Shown here piece after piece: positions 27,824 to 38,843 of a DNA stretch of 64,000 bases. Within the stretch, counting starts at the first letter, position 1. The number at the start of each line of letters is the position of its first letter. The DNA is taken from the NCBI GenBank assembly GCA_903845135.1, contig CAIMWL010000002.1:2792-66791 (forward strand), in the 5' to 3' direction. Below the pieces are notes generated by a model, which was not told where the DNA came from, made no database searches, and worked only from the letters and a program-made list of their open reading frames with translations. The stretch comes from an uncultured Bacillales bacterium (GTDB lineage: Bacteria; Bacillota_I; Bacilli_A; RFN20; CAG-826). The position numbers and the translations under genes were made by a program.

Positions 27824-28689
27824 CTTGTTAATGCCTCAAATGCTTCTTGCCAATTTCCATACCATCGCATTGGCAATTGATGCTGAAAGTAGGTAATTTG
27901 TCTTTTTGCATAACGTTTTGTTGATTGTTTAATAAGTTGAATGGCGTCATCAAGTGTGATTTCACCATCTAAATATCGAATTAGTTCCTTATAACCGATT
28001 GCTTGAAATGCCAAAACATGACGGCCATATTTTTTCACAAGGAATTTAACTTCTTCAACCAGACCTTCTTTAAACATCTTTTCTACTCGTTTTTCTAATT
28101 GGGCATACAACCATTCGCGGGGAGGAAGGATGCCAACAAAAGTCGTGGGAAATAGTAAAGTTTTGAGTTGAGTCCTTTCGATTTCACTTTTGGTTTTACC
28201 GGTAGATTCATGAATGGCAATGGCCCGCAATACTCTTCGGCGGTTTTGGTAATGAATTTTTTGGCTAGACGGTAAATCTAACGTTGCCAAATAGTCATGA
28301 AGTTGGCGATTATCATACTTTTCAAATTTAGAGATATCGAGAGATGGTTGTTCAGGCGCAAACTCAAAATCATACAAACTTGCCTTCATATATAGACCGG
28401 TTCCTCCCACCATGATAATGCGAGGATGTTTGGGTAAAAGGGTTTTAATCAATGTGCGAAATCGTTGTTGATAGGAGGCAACTGATAGAGAATCTGTTGG
28501 AGAAACTTCATCAAATAAATAAGGTTTATACTGACTAATGAAGGGCAAATCTTTGTTGGTGCCAATATTGAATTCCTGATACATTTGAAAAGCATCAGCG
28601 TTAATAATGGGCGCATGCCAAGCCTCTGCTAAAGCGACTGCTAAAGCGGTTTTACCAGACCCTGTTGGGCCACCTATTACATAGATCAT
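27820..28689 (-). CDS. miaA: tRNA dimethylallyltransferase
   Basis: P-loop VIGGPTGSGKTALAV. 289 aa. Confidence 0.9.
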   Translation of the reverse strand: MIYVIGGPTGSGKTALAVALAEAWHAPIINADAFQMYQEFNIGTNKDLPFISQYKPYLFDEVSPTDSLSVASYQQRFRTLIKTLLPKHPRIIMVGGTGLYMKASLYDFEFAPEQPSLDISKFEKYDNRQLHDYLATLDLPSSQKIHYQNRRRVLRAIAIHESTGKTKSEIERTQLKTLLFPTTFVGILPPREWLYAQLEKRVEKMFKEGLVEEVKFLVKKYGRHVLAFQAIGYKELIRYLDGEITLDDAIQLIKQSTKRYAKRQITYFQHQLPMRWYGNWQEAFEALTR

Positions 28690-28690
28690 G

Positions 28691-30394
28691 TTAAAAACCA
28701 GAACGATTGAACATCGCCTCTAGTTGTCTTTTGCTAAATTGAACCATTGTCGGACGCCCATGTGGACAAGTGTAAGGGTATTGGCATTCGAATAGACGAT
28801 TGATCAACATTTGCATTGCATCCAAGGTTAATAAGTCTTGAGCTTTAATACTCGTTTTACAAGCTTTTGATGCCAAAGCATAGAGTCTTAATTTATCAGG
28901 TTGAATGGAAGGATCTTCAAACAGTTGATGCAATAGATCTTCAATATATAATTGTGGGTCTTGAATTGCCCATGTAGGCACGGTATTTACCTTAAAAACA
29001 TTGGCACCAAAAGGGACGAGTTCAACGCCAATCGAGTTGAGAATTTGCATTCGTTCTTCAGTTAATAATTTTGCCTCACTTGGTTTAATGTCAATCATGA
29101 CAGGCACTAATGGGGCAACAGCAAATTTTTTATCTTTCAGCAATGCCAATTGTTGTTCATAACGAATCCGTTCGTCAGCTGCATGCTGATCAATTAAATA
29201 AATACTGCCTTGTTCATCGCGACAAACAATATAAGTTAAGTGCATTTGGGCAACCACGGTGAGTTTTTGAATTGATTTTGAATCATTTAATGAAAGTGGA
29301 AGCCAATCTTGCGTTAATTCATGCTCTCGAAGTTCAGCATTGGTTGCAATGCTTTGGAGTGAAGGTTGGGGTTGGTTTTGGGGATAAAAAGTTGAATCTG
29401 AAGGCGCTAAATTTAAAGAAGATAAAGTGCTTCGAATCGCTGGGATTAAAGCAGCCTTTAGTTGCTCTTCTTTCGATAGTCGTACTTCTTTTTTGGTAGG
29501 ATGAACATTTACATCAACGAGACTTGGGTCAACTGCAAAATGTAAGAAAAGCCAAGGATAGCGTACTGGAGGTAGATAAGGTCGATACGCTTCAAACAAA
29601 GCTTGATTAATTTTGGGAAGGGTTACGGATCGGCCATTGACCAAAGTATAAAGCGCATAGCGATGACTCTTCGCTAAGCTTGGTAAACCTAAATAACCGG
29701 TCACCTTTACATCATGAGAATTGAAAACAAAAGAGGTAAGTTGCTTGGCGGTTTGTAGACCAAAAATTTGGGTGATGACTTGCAAAATATCGCCTCGACC
29801 ATCGGTGATGAAACTATTTTTTCCATCAATGAAAAGCGAAAATGCAATCTGTGGATATCCTAAAGCAATACGCGTAATGGTATCGATAATATTTGCAGTT
29901 TCAATATAATCATTTTTTAAAAACTTGAGGCGCGCTGGTGTATTAAAAAATAAATTTTCAACTTTAACCGATGTTCCTTTTCGACTCGCAATCGGTACAA
30001 TATCAACCTTGCCATCGACTGACTTTAGTTTGTAACCAGGTCCCTTACCTGTAGCAGACTCAATGGTTAAAACAGAGACACTGGCGATGGAAGGTAAAGC
30101 TTCCCCCCTAAAACCCAAAGTCTTGATGCGAAATAAATCATATTCATCTTTGATTTTACTGGTGGCATGTCTAAGGATTGATTGGGCGATATCATCGCGA
30201 TCCATGCCGTCGCCGTTATCTCTGACTTCTATGAGAATTCTACCGGCGTGTTCAATCGTAATTTCGATGCGCGTTGCATTTGCATCAATCGCATTTTCTA
30301 CCAATTCTTTAATTACACTAGCAGGCCGTTCAACGACTTCACCGGCCGCGATCATGTTACTTAATTGAGTTTCAAGAACTTGAATCTTACCCAT
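28691..30394 (-). CDS. mutL: DNA mismatch repair protein MutL
   Basis: GHKL ATPase N-terminus ELVENAIDANAT...DNGDGM. 567 aa. Confidence 0.9.
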   Translation of the reverse strand: MGKIQVLETQLSNMIAAGEVVERPASVIKELVENAIDANATRIEITIEHAGRILIEVRDNGDGMDRDDIAQSILRHATSKIKDEYDLFRIKTLGFRGEALPSIASVSVLTIESATGKGPGYKLKSVDGKVDIVPIASRKGTSVKVENLFFNTPARLKFLKNDYIETANIIDTITRIALGYPQIAFSLFIDGKNSFITDGRGDILQVITQIFGLQTAKQLTSFVFNSHDVKVTGYLGLPSLAKSHRYALYTLVNGRSVTLPKINQALFEAYRPYLPPVRYPWLFLHFAVDPSLVDVNVHPTKKEVRLSKEEQLKAALIPAIRSTLSSLNLAPSDSTFYPQNQPQPSLQSIATNAELREHELTQDWLPLSLNDSKSIQKLTVVAQMHLTYIVCRDEQGSIYLIDQHAADERIRYEQQLALLKDKKFAVAPLVPVMIDIKPSEAKLLTEERMQILNSIGVELVPFGANVFKVNTVPTWAIQDPQLYIEDLLHQLFEDPSIQPDKLRLYALASKACKTSIKAQDLLTLDAMQMLINRLFECQYPYTCPHGRPTMVQFSKRQLEAMFNRSGF

Positions 30395-30402
30395 GGTTCT
30401 AT

Positions 30403-32880
30403 TTACCGATGATTCTTCTTTAAGTTTATCAAGACTTGTAATGCTTCCATCGGTGACAATGATAAAGGATTGATCTCCTGTAAAGCTTTTACGAGGGGAT
30501 GAGTAGTTTCTTGAAGTGGTTTAACGGATACTGAAGGCGTTTTTTCCAACGTCGATAAGATCGTTTTGGCCCGTTGAATTAAACTAGGGGGTAAATGCGC
30601 TAATTGGGCCACATGAATTCCATAGGACTGGTTCATCGATCCAGGTTTAATTTGATATAAAAATGTAATCGTGTCATTTTCTTCATGAACGGCAACATGA
30701 ATATTTTTTAAGGTTGGTAACGTCTTTTCTAATTGTGTAAGTTCATGATAATGCGTGGAAAAAAGGGTTTTTGCTTGAATCTTATTAGTCGCATATTCGA
30801 TGATTGATTGCGCAAGTGCCATGCCATCGTAGGTCGCGGTGCCTCGACCAATTTCATCAAAGATTAATAAGGTCCGGTCTGTTGCATGACTAAGGGCAAA
30901 CTCCGTTTGGGTCATTTCCATCATGAACGTTGATTGGCCACCCATTAAATCGTCACTTGCCCCAATCCGTGTGTAAATGGCATCAAGCCACATGAGGTTA
31001 GCCGATTTAGCAGGAACAAAACAACCCATTTGTGCCATGATCATCAACAGTGCAATTTGTCGCATATAGGTTGATTTTCCACCCATATTAGGACCGGTGA
31101 TTAACAAGGTATTGGTTTGAACATCCATGATCAAATCATTGGGAACAAACGTTGACTTCTTTAACGCTTTTTCAATAACAGGATGGCGAGATTGTTCAAT
31201 TTTAAAGGCTTTCTCATTCGTGAAAGTGGGTTGAACAAATTGATAGGTACGACTGACCGTGGCAAAGGTTGTCATCACGTCCAAGATTGAAAGTTGGTGA
31301 GCCAGTGTTTGTAGGTCTTGCGTAAACGGTTCAACTTTTGAAACCACTTCTTGAAAAATGGTTTCTTCTAATTTTTTTTGCATCTCTTCTGCTTGTAACA
31401 ATTGACTTTCTAATGCCTTGAGTGGACGATTGATGAAGCGTTCACCATTGGCTAAGGTTTGTCTACGTTCATATTCAAACTCAGGTTTTATCATGGATAA
31501 TTGCCCATTCGAAATTTCAATAAAATAACCAAAAACTTGGTTGTATCCAACTTTTAAATTCTTGATACCCGTGCGTTCTTTTTCTTTCAATTCGAGTTCG
31601 ATTAATGCTTTTTTACCGCCTTTAGCTAACGAAACCCAATGATCTAAATCAGCATGAAAACCTGGTTTAATCATCCCACCTTCTTTAAGACTCACAGGGG
31701 GTTCATCTTGGATTGCTAGGTTAATGAGTTCCACAAGTTTATCAAAAGGTTGGATTGCTGAATTCAAGGATTGCGAAAAAGAATCTTGAAGATGCATTAA
31801 CAGTTTCTTGATGTCGTGAATCGGCTGTAAGGATTTTTTTAAAGAAAGTAAATCCCTAGCGTTGAGTTGTTTTAAATGGAGTTTAGAAAGGATGCGAGGG
31901 ATATCATAAATTGTCTTCAAAATCTCACGTAAACTTTCAAGGGTGAGAAACTGATCCATTAAGGTTTTAACCATTTGCTGCCGCAAGGTAATCGTTGGTA
32001 CATGCGCGCTAGGTCTGATTAACCATTGCTTTAATAACCGTGACCCCATCGGGGTAGTGGTTTGATCTAAAACCCAATAAAGCGACCCTTGGACGCTTTG
32101 ATTTTTGAGAGACTGTAAAACCTCAAGATTGGCGAGGGATACCGCATCCATCTTTAAGGATTGCTCTTGATATAGAGGCAGGAAGGGTCTGACGAATGAT
32201 AATGATTTTTTTAAGGTGTTTTGCACATAATGCATCCAAAGGTTATAGGTATAAGCTTCTGGTGAGGTCGTGCCTTGTACTAAATCTAAAATGGAAAGCG
32301 ATAATCCTAAGGATTGAATGGATTCACCAAGCAACTTGGAAGTTGCCACATTCATAATCACTTCATGGGTTGAAAGTTTTTGTAAATATCCCAATAAAGT
32401 TTGCGGTTGATTTTCAATAAAATCACTAAAGACTTCACCAGTACTAATATCACCAAAAATGAGCCAATAACGAGATTGATCTTCGTGAACTGCAACTAAA
32501 AAATTATGGGCCGATACTTGATCATCAATAAAAGATCCTGGGGTGTAAATTTGGGTAACATCCCGTTGGACAAGACCTTTGGCAACACTCGCTTCTTCCA
32601 TTTGTTCAACCATACCGACCTTGTAACCTTTATCAATTAATTTTTTTAAATAACCTTTATAGGCATGAAAAGGAACACCACACATCGGTACACGTGCTTC
32701 TTGACCCGCACTTTTACCCGTAAGTACTAACGATAATTCGCGAGAAGCAATTTTAGCATCTTCAAAAAATAACTCATAAAAGTCACCAAGACGAAAAAAA
32801 ATCAAAGTGTCTGGGTACTGCGATTTGATTTGCAAGTACTGCATCATCATCGGGGTATATGGTGCGGAGGTTTTCTTCAT
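30403..32880 (-). CDS. mutS: DNA mismatch repair protein MutS
   Basis: N-terminal TPMMMQYLQIKSQYPDTLIFFRLGDFYELFFEDA, Walker A GPNMGGKST. 825 aa. Confidence 0.9.
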   Translation of the reverse strand: MKKTSAPYTPMMMQYLQIKSQYPDTLIFFRLGDFYELFFEDAKIASRELSLVLTGKSAGQEARVPMCGVPFHAYKGYLKKLIDKGYKVGMVEQMEEASVAKGLVQRDVTQIYTPGSFIDDQVSAHNFLVAVHEDQSRYWLIFGDISTGEVFSDFIENQPQTLLGYLQKLSTHEVIMNVATSKLLGESIQSLGLSLSILDLVQGTTSPEAYTYNLWMHYVQNTLKKSLSFVRPFLPLYQEQSLKMDAVSLANLEVLQSLKNQSVQGSLYWVLDQTTTPMGSRLLKQWLIRPSAHVPTITLRQQMVKTLMDQFLTLESLREILKTIYDIPRILSKLHLKQLNARDLLSLKKSLQPIHDIKKLLMHLQDSFSQSLNSAIQPFDKLVELINLAIQDEPPVSLKEGGMIKPGFHADLDHWVSLAKGGKKALIELELKEKERTGIKNLKVGYNQVFGYFIEISNGQLSMIKPEFEYERRQTLANGERFINRPLKALESQLLQAEEMQKKLEETIFQEVVSKVEPFTQDLQTLAHQLSILDVMTTFATVSRTYQFVQPTFTNEKAFKIEQSRHPVIEKALKKSTFVPNDLIMDVQTNTLLITGPNMGGKSTYMRQIALLMIMAQMGCFVPAKSANLMWLDAIYTRIGASDDLMGGQSTFMMEMTQTEFALSHATDRTLLIFDEIGRGTATYDGMALAQSIIEYATNKIQAKTLFSTHYHELTQLEKTLPTLKNIHVAVHEENDTITFLYQIKPGSMNQSYGIHVAQLAHLPPSLIQRAKTILSTLEKTPSVSVKPLQETTHPLVKALQEINPLSLSPMEALQVLINLKKNHR

Positions 32881-32921
32881 ATTAACTATGAATTTATCAT
32901 ACCAAATAGACCATAGAATGC

Positions 32922-33233
32922 CTATTCAATAATCGCTTGAAGTTCGTTTAATAAGGGGGAAAGTTGTTCCTTTAAATTCACATAATTTTGAACTAAAGGA
33001 TGATCATCAAAAGCTTGTTGGTGCTGACGGTATGCAGTTTGATGAATCTGATAAATTTTTTGATCTGATAAATGTTTCATCATCAACTTCTGATGATGCT
33101 TCATCTTTTCTTGTTGTTCATTCAAAAATGGATCTTTTAGAATTTGTTCGCGCAAGGAAAAAAATTGTTTTACTTCGGGTAAGTCATGTAATGCTTTGGC
33201 TAATTGATCCGTTAAGGATTCAAGCTTGGTCAT
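32922..33233 (-). CDS. YmcA/YlbF-family protein (RicA-like)
   Basis: 103 aa and helical. It sits between miaB and mutS exactly as ymcA does in B. subtilis, and overlaps the miaB stop by 14 nt. Confidence 0.5.
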   Translation of the reverse strand: MTKLESLTDQLAKALHDLPEVKQFFSLREQILKDPFLNEQQEKMKHHQKLMMKHLSDQKIYQIHQTAYRQHQQAFDDHPLVQNYVNLKEQLSPLLNELQAIIE

Positions 33234-34674
33234 CGATTAAACTTCCAAATAAAGTATATGTATTCGCTTCATCAATTCTGACGCGGACAAGTTTACCTGC
33301 AAGCGCGGCATCGCCCTTAAAATGCACTAATTTATTACTTTCAGTGTAGGCTGATAACTTATCAGGATTATGTTTGCTAACGCCATCCACTAGCACGGTA
33401 TAGGTTTGCCCGACCATCGTATCGGATTTTTCTTTGGCAATTCGATCGACAAGTTCTTTGAGTCGGTAAAATCTTTTTTGTTTTTCTTCATAGGGGACAT
33501 TATCGAGCATTTTATGGGCAGGGGTTCCTTTTCTTGGCGAGTAGATAAAGGTATAAGTCGCATCAAATTTAACTTTCTCTACTAAATCTAACGTCCCTTG
33601 GAACTGCGCTTCAGTTTCGTTCGGGAAGCCCACAATAATATCCGTAGTCAGGGTAAGTTGAGGGATTTTGGTTTGCATCTTTTTCACCAGTTCTAGGTAG
33701 GATGCAACCGTATAACGTCTGGCCATCAATCTTAAAATCATGTCATCACCCGCCTGAAATGGGAGGTGAATATGATTCATAATATTATCGTATTTGGCAA
33801 TCATATCTAACATTTCATCTGTAAAATCCCATGGGTGAGAGGTCATAAATCGTAAGCGAGGAATCCCGGTTAAAGCAACTGCCTCCAGTAATTGGGCAAA
33901 GGTAGTGCCATTTTTAAAATCTTTACCGTATGAATTTACATTTTGTCCAACTAAAGTAATTTCTTGATAACCTTGGGTGACAAGTTCTTTACATTCTTTA
34001 ATAACATCATCCATTAACCTTGATCGTTCTTTGCCGCGGGTATAGGGCACAATACAGTACGTGCAAAATTTATCACACCCAAACATAATATTCACAAATG
34101 CCTTAAAGCGATGATTTCTTTTGGAAGGCATATTCTCAACAATTTCCCCATATTTAGAGGGAACGTTGACCACGCGAGTTTTTTTAGTAATCGCTTCATC
34201 AAGTAATTCTAAGAGGTGATGAATGTTGTGGGTACCGAACATTAAATCAACATGGCGATATTTTTGAGTGATGGTATCCACAATGTGCGTTTGTTGAACC
34301 ATACAACCACTGACAGCGATTAACATTTCTGGTTTAATGGCTTTTAGTCCTTTGAGAATGCCAAGTTCACCAAAAACTTTATCTTCAGCATTTTCCCGAA
34401 TCGCGCAAGTATTGATAATGACAAAGTCAGCTAATTTTTCATCATCGACAGAGGTAAATCCCGTCAGTTCGAGTAGACCGCGCATGTTTTCTTCATCGCG
34501 TACATTCGCCTGACATCCGTAAGTACGAATAAAGTACTTTTTACCCTGGGCAAATTGGATGAGGCGTTCCGGCACAACAATTTCATCCCTGACAACAGGA
34601 ATTTCTTGTCTAACACGGGATCGAGCTTTATCCAAATCTGGTTTTTCTGTAATGTTTAATTTAAGGTCTGCCAT
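33220..34674 (-). CDS. miaB: tRNA-2-methylthio-N6-dimethylallyladenosine synthase
   Basis: Radical-SAM Cys motif CDKFCTYC, an N-terminal MTTase domain and a C-terminal TRAM domain. 484 aa. Confidence 0.9.
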   Translation of the reverse strand: MADLKLNITEKPDLDKARSRVRQEIPVVRDEIVVPERLIQFAQGKKYFIRTYGCQANVRDEENMRGLLELTGFTSVDDEKLADFVIINTCAIRENAEDKVFGELGILKGLKAIKPEMLIAVSGCMVQQTHIVDTITQKYRHVDLMFGTHNIHHLLELLDEAITKKTRVVNVPSKYGEIVENMPSKRNHRFKAFVNIMFGCDKFCTYCIVPYTRGKERSRLMDDVIKECKELVTQGYQEITLVGQNVNSYGKDFKNGTTFAQLLEAVALTGIPRLRFMTSHPWDFTDEMLDMIAKYDNIMNHIHLPFQAGDDMILRLMARRYTVASYLELVKKMQTKIPQLTLTTDIIVGFPNETEAQFQGTLDLVEKVKFDATYTFIYSPRKGTPAHKMLDNVPYEEKQKRFYRLKELVDRIAKEKSDTMVGQTYTVLVDGVSKHNPDKLSAYTESNKLVHFKGDAALAGKLVRVRIDEANTYTLFGSLIDDQA

Positions 34675-34680
34675 TGAATA

Positions 34681-35466
34681 TTATTTTACCTTATCTGTGA
34701 GTAGTATCGTTTTAAAAGTGACGGGTAATCCTTGTTGGTTGGTTTCTACAAAAATCGCTGATAAAACCGTTTCACCATCCTCAGCTAACTCATAAACAGT
34801 TTTTTCTTGTTTCCATAAGCGTTGAATAATGTTTTCTTTTTTAACACCAAGAATGCCATTATAAGGTCCAGTCATGCCCACGTCGGAAATAAATAAAGTG
34901 GTTTGATCTAATAATCTTAAATCATTGGTTTGTACATGGGTATGGGTACCGAACAAGGCCGTAATCTTACCACTAAAGGCATAACCCATTGCGTATTTTT
35001 CACCCGTTGCTTCGGCATGAAAATCAACGATATGCAAGTTAGTGGGGGGTTCTTTTTCAATGACATTTTGTAACGCATCAAAAGGATTTTGCACTTCTTC
35101 ATTCATAAACGCTTGTCCTAAAATATTTGTCACACGAATCGTTTGATTTTGCACTTTAAGAACTAATGTCCCAACACCAGGATAAGAATGCTTTAAATTA
35201 AGGGGGCGAACCAAACTGACGGTTTGATCTAAATAATCCCTTATTTCCCCTTTGGCGTTATAGTGATTACCTAAGGTCATCACATCAATGCCACTGGCCA
35301 AAAGTTCTTCATAATGTTTTCGCATCAACCCTTTGCCGTGACTCGCATTTTCAGCATTGGCGATGACAAAATCTAAGCCGAGGCTTTCTTTAAGTTTAGG
35401 TAAATGTTTGGCGACCATGATGCGCCCAAAACTACCGACAATATCACCAATAAAAAGCCACTTCAT
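34681..35466 (-). CDS. ymdB: 2',3'-cyclic-nucleotide 2'-phosphodiesterase YmdB (metallophosphoesterase)
   Basis: Motifs MKWLFIGDIVGSFGR, ANAENASHGKG and TLGNH. It lies downstream of rny as in B. subtilis. Confidence 0.8.
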   Translation of the reverse strand: MKWLFIGDIVGSFGRIMVAKHLPKLKESLGLDFVIANAENASHGKGLMRKHYEELLASGIDVMTLGNHYNAKGEIRDYLDQTVSLVRPLNLKHSYPGVGTLVLKVQNQTIRVTNILGQAFMNEEVQNPFDALQNVIEKEPPTNLHIVDFHAEATGEKYAMGYAFSGKITALFGTHTHVQTNDLRLLDQTTLFISDVGMTGPYNGILGVKKENIIQRLWKQEKTVYELAEDGETVLSAIFVETNQQGLPVTFKTILLTDKVK

Positions 35467-35472
35467 GAATGG

Positions 35473-37038
35473 TTATTTTGCAGTTTCAATCGCTCGATAT
35501 TCGCGAATTACAGAGACCTTAATTTGACCAGGATAGGTCATTTCAGCTTCAATGCGATCTTTAATGTCTCTTGCTAATTTTACCGCAGTCGCGTCATCGA
35601 CTTTATCGGGGACAACCATGATGCGTACTTCTCGACCCGATTGCATCGCATAACTTTGAGCAACCCCTTCGTAAGATTTACAAATATTTTCTAATTGTTC
35701 TAAGCGTTTGACATAGGTTTCAAGCGTTTCACTTCTGGCCCCTGGGCGGGCAGCGGATAAGGTGTCTGCGGCAATCACCAAGTGAGAAATGACATACTTA
35801 ATTTCCGTATCACCATGGTGAGATTCAATTGCATTTAAAACCACATCCGGTTCATTATATTTACGCGCATATCTTGCCCCTAATTCCACGTGACTTCCTT
35901 CCATTTCAAAGTCAATGGCCTTACCGACGTCATGGAGTAAACCAGCACGTTTAGCCATATTTTGATCAATGCCCATTTCTGCTGCCATGATGCCACAAAG
36001 CTTGGCGACTTCGATAGAATGGTCATATGCGTTTTGACCATAGGAGGTACGGTACTTTAATCGGCCAACTAAATCGAGTAATTCTGGGTGAATATTGCCT
36101 AATCCTAAACGGAAGGCAGCTTCTTGGCCTGCTTTATGCATAATTTCGCCTAGTTCACTCTTTACTTTAGCCGCAACTTCTTCAATTCTGGAGGGTTGGA
36201 TTCGGCCATCTTTTAAAAGAATTTCTAAAGTACGTTTAGCGGTTTCTCTTCGAATCGGATCAAAGCAGCTCACGGTGATCACTTCTGGCGTATCATCAAT
36301 AATTAAATCAACGCCAAGTGCTTGTTCAAGGGAGCGGATATTGCGTCCTTCTCGACCGATAATTCGCCCTTTCATTTCGTCGCTTGGGAGATTGACCACA
36401 GAAACTGTGCGTTCAGTGACAAAATCCTGAGCATAACGATTTAGCGTCATCCCTAAGATTTCATTCGCAATCGTTTGCGCTTGTTCTTTGGCTTCTTGTT
36501 CACGATTTTTAATCAAATTTGCGATTTCTTTGCTTAATTTTGCTTCAACTCGATTAAGAATCTCAGTTTTCGCTTCTTGAGAAGACATCCCTGAGACTTT
36601 TTCCAATTCGTGAATAATAGAGTCGAGTTTTAATTGCAGGACTTCTTCTTTTCTTTCAATTTCCTTCATCCGTTTTTGTTGAAGATCAATCTTTTCTTCA
36701 AGATTTTTTTCTTTTTGCATTAACGCTTGATCACGTCGGTCAATACTTTGTTCCCGATTGTAAAGTTTATTTTCAAAGGTGTTGACTTCTTGTTTTCTTT
36801 CCTTAATTTCTTTATCGGCTTCTTGTTTCAGTTCATAGACAGTTTGTTTGGCATCAAGTTGGGCATTTTTAACGATGTGGTCTGCTTTAATTTCAGCGTC
36901 TTTGATTAATTTTGCTGCTTTTTTGCTTGCTTCCTTCGCACGAAAAATCGGTAAACTGAAATAAATTAGAATCCCTAAAATAACCCCAATAATCAATGCA
37001 AGAATAGATAATAATATTAAAATCGATATGTCGAACAT
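35473..37038 (-). CDS. rny: Ribonuclease Y
   Basis: An N-terminal TM segment, a coiled coil, a KH domain and an HD domain ([10 protein letters not shown]...LLHDVGK). 521 aa. Confidence 0.9.
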   Translation of the reverse strand: MFDISILILLSILALIIGVILGILIYFSLPIFRAKEASKKAAKLIKDAEIKADHIVKNAQLDAKQTVYELKQEADKEIKERKQEVNTFENKLYNREQSIDRRDQALMQKEKNLEEKIDLQQKRMKEIERKEEVLQLKLDSIIHELEKVSGMSSQEAKTEILNRVEAKLSKEIANLIKNREQEAKEQAQTIANEILGMTLNRYAQDFVTERTVSVVNLPSDEMKGRIIGREGRNIRSLEQALGVDLIIDDTPEVITVSCFDPIRRETAKRTLEILLKDGRIQPSRIEEVAAKVKSELGEIMHKAGQEAAFRLGLGNIHPELLDLVGRLKYRTSYGQNAYDHSIEVAKLCGIMAAEMGIDQNMAKRAGLLHDVGKAIDFEMEGSHVELGARYARKYNEPDVVLNAIESHHGDTEIKYVISHLVIAADTLSAARPGARSETLETYVKRLEQLENICKSYEGVAQSYAMQSGREVRIMVVPDKVDDATAVKLARDIKDRIEAEMTYPGQIKVSVIREYRAIETAK

Positions 37039-37258
37039 ATGAATCGTCTCCTTTCAGTAGTGGAATCTTCATGACGAGTGAAGTTCCTTGTAATGATGTT
37101 GGTATAAAAAAATCACAAAACTTCGTTTAAATTATTGAATAATATGTTGCTTTTATCAGGTTTAACCCTGGTTAAGTTTCTAAACGACGAATGCGAATCT
37201 ATATCCAGTATCCGAAGATACTTCTTTATCATAGCAAAAGATTTGGCTTTTGCCTATG

Positions 37259-37296
37259 TTAAAAAAACCTCTAGGACCATCCTAGAGGTTTTATTC
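37259..37296. terminator. Bidirectional rho-independent terminator after recA
   Basis: Hairpin CCTCTAGG-ACCAT-CCTAGAGG flanked by AAAAAAA and TTTTATT. Confidence 0.7.
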
Positions 37297-37298
37297 AC

Positions 37299-38300
37299 TT
37301 AAATTTCTCCTGTTTTTATTCTTTTTTCGAGTTTTTCTAAAATATCAGGGTGTGTTTTTAAGTAGTCTTTGGCATTGTCTCGACCTTGGCCTAATCGCGT
37401 GCCTTCAAGTTCGTACCAAGATCCCATTTTTTTGATCAAACCTAAATCGGTTGCCTTGTCCAAGACTTCTCCAGTCTTTGAAAATCCTTGACCAAATAAG
37501 AGTTCAATTTCAGAAGTAATAAAGGGTGGGGCAACTTTGTTTTTGACAATTTTGATTTTAACCATATTTCCGATGATCGATTCTCCTACCTTGATTGCTT
37601 CGGATCGGCGAATATCAATTCGAACAGAGGCATAAAATTTCAAGGCGCGACCACCTGACGTCACTTCGGGGTTGCCATAGGCAATGCCCACTTTTTCTCT
37701 TAATTGGTTAATAAAGATAACGGTACAATTCGATTTATTTAAAACCGCAGCAAGTTTACGCATCGCTTTCGACATCAATCTCGCTTGTAAACCTACTTGA
37801 TTATCTGCCATCATTCCATCTAGTTCTGCTTGAGGAACTAAGGCGGCAACTGAGTCGACGATGATTAAATCAATCGCATTAGAATGGGCTAGCATTTCCA
37901 CGATTTCTAAGGCTTGTTCACCATTATCGGGTTGGGAAAGAATTAATTCATCAATATTGACGCCTAATTTTTTGGCATAAACCGGATCAATGGCATGTTC
38001 AGCATCAACAAAGGCTGCTCGACCGCCTCGCTTTTGGGCTTCCGCAATTGCCGTTAACGCTAAAGTTGTTTTTCCACTAGACTCTGGACCAAATATTTCA
38101 ATAATCCGGCCTTTGGGATAACCCCCTACGCCAAGCGCCATATCTAAAGATAAGGAACCCGTTGGAATGGTATCAACTGCGGTTTCAGGTCTTTCACCTA
38201 ATTTCATGACCGCACCTTTACCGTAGGTTTTTTCGATATTTCGTAATGCTTCTTCTAGGGCTTCATCTTTTCCATCTTTTTTTTCTTTTTCTTTTGCCAT
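37299..38300 (-). CDS. recA: Recombinase RecA
   Basis: Walker [11 protein letters not shown]1 and L2 loops. 333 aa. Confidence 0.95.
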   Translation of the reverse strand: MAKEKEKKDGKDEALEEALRNIEKTYGKGAVMKLGERPETAVDTIPTGSLSLDMALGVGGYPKGRIIEIFGPESSGKTTLALTAIAEAQKRGGRAAFVDAEHAIDPVYAKKLGVNIDELILSQPDNGEQALEIVEMLAHSNAIDLIIVDSVAALVPQAELDGMMADNQVGLQARLMSKAMRKLAAVLNKSNCTVIFINQLREKVGIAYGNPEVTSGGRALKFYASVRIDIRRSEAIKVGESIIGNMVKIKIVKNKVAPPFITSEIELLFGQGFSKTGEVLDKATDLGLIKKMGSWYELEGTRLGQGRDNAKDYLKTHPDILEKLEKRIKTGEI

Positions 38301-38336
38301 AAACCTATCCTTTTTTTGTCCTTTATACTATACCAA

Positions 38337-38843
38337 TTATTTAGGGGACACTACATAATAGGTGCTTAAAAATTCACTTAACATTTTAACTGCCATTTTT
38401 ACACCGGATTGCTGAATTTGAATTCTTGAACCCTTTGCCTGGCCAAATTGAATATGTTCATGTTTACCATCACTGATGCCAATATAAAAATCTCCAACCT
38501 TTTGTTGCCCTTGCACATTGGGACCTGCATTACCCGTTGTAACAATCGAAATCGTGCGGGGGTTAATTTCAAGAGCCTTGACTAACAATTTTTTAACTAA
38601 TGCTTCCGATACAGGATCGATTTTGTTTAATGCTTCTAAGGGCATTCCTAGGTATTGCGCTTTCGCTTCTGCTTGATACAAAACGAAGCCTTGTTTAAAC
38701 CACCTTGAAGCGCCTGTATGCTTGATAAAGTGGTGGGCAAGTCCACCCCCTGTAAAACTTTCGATGGTAATTAAGGTTAATTTTTCCTTAATCAAGGTCT
38801 CAATTAACTTATTCATTGGAAGTAAAGATGCTCCGATTTTCAT
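38337..38843 (-). CDS. cinA: CinA C-terminal domain protein (NMN amidohydrolase PncC-like)
   Basis: 168 aa. The ESFTGG motif corresponds to ESCTGG, and the pgsA-cinA-recA order is that of B. subtilis. Confidence 0.8.
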   Translation of the reverse strand: MKIGASLLPMNKLIETLIKEKLTLITIESFTGGGLAHHFIKHTGASRWFKQGFVLYQAEAKAQYLGMPLEALNKIDPVSEALVKKLLVKALEINPRTISIVTTGNAGPNVQGQQKVGDFYIGISDGKHEHIQFGQAKGSRIQIQQSGVKMAVKMLSEFLSTYYVVSPK

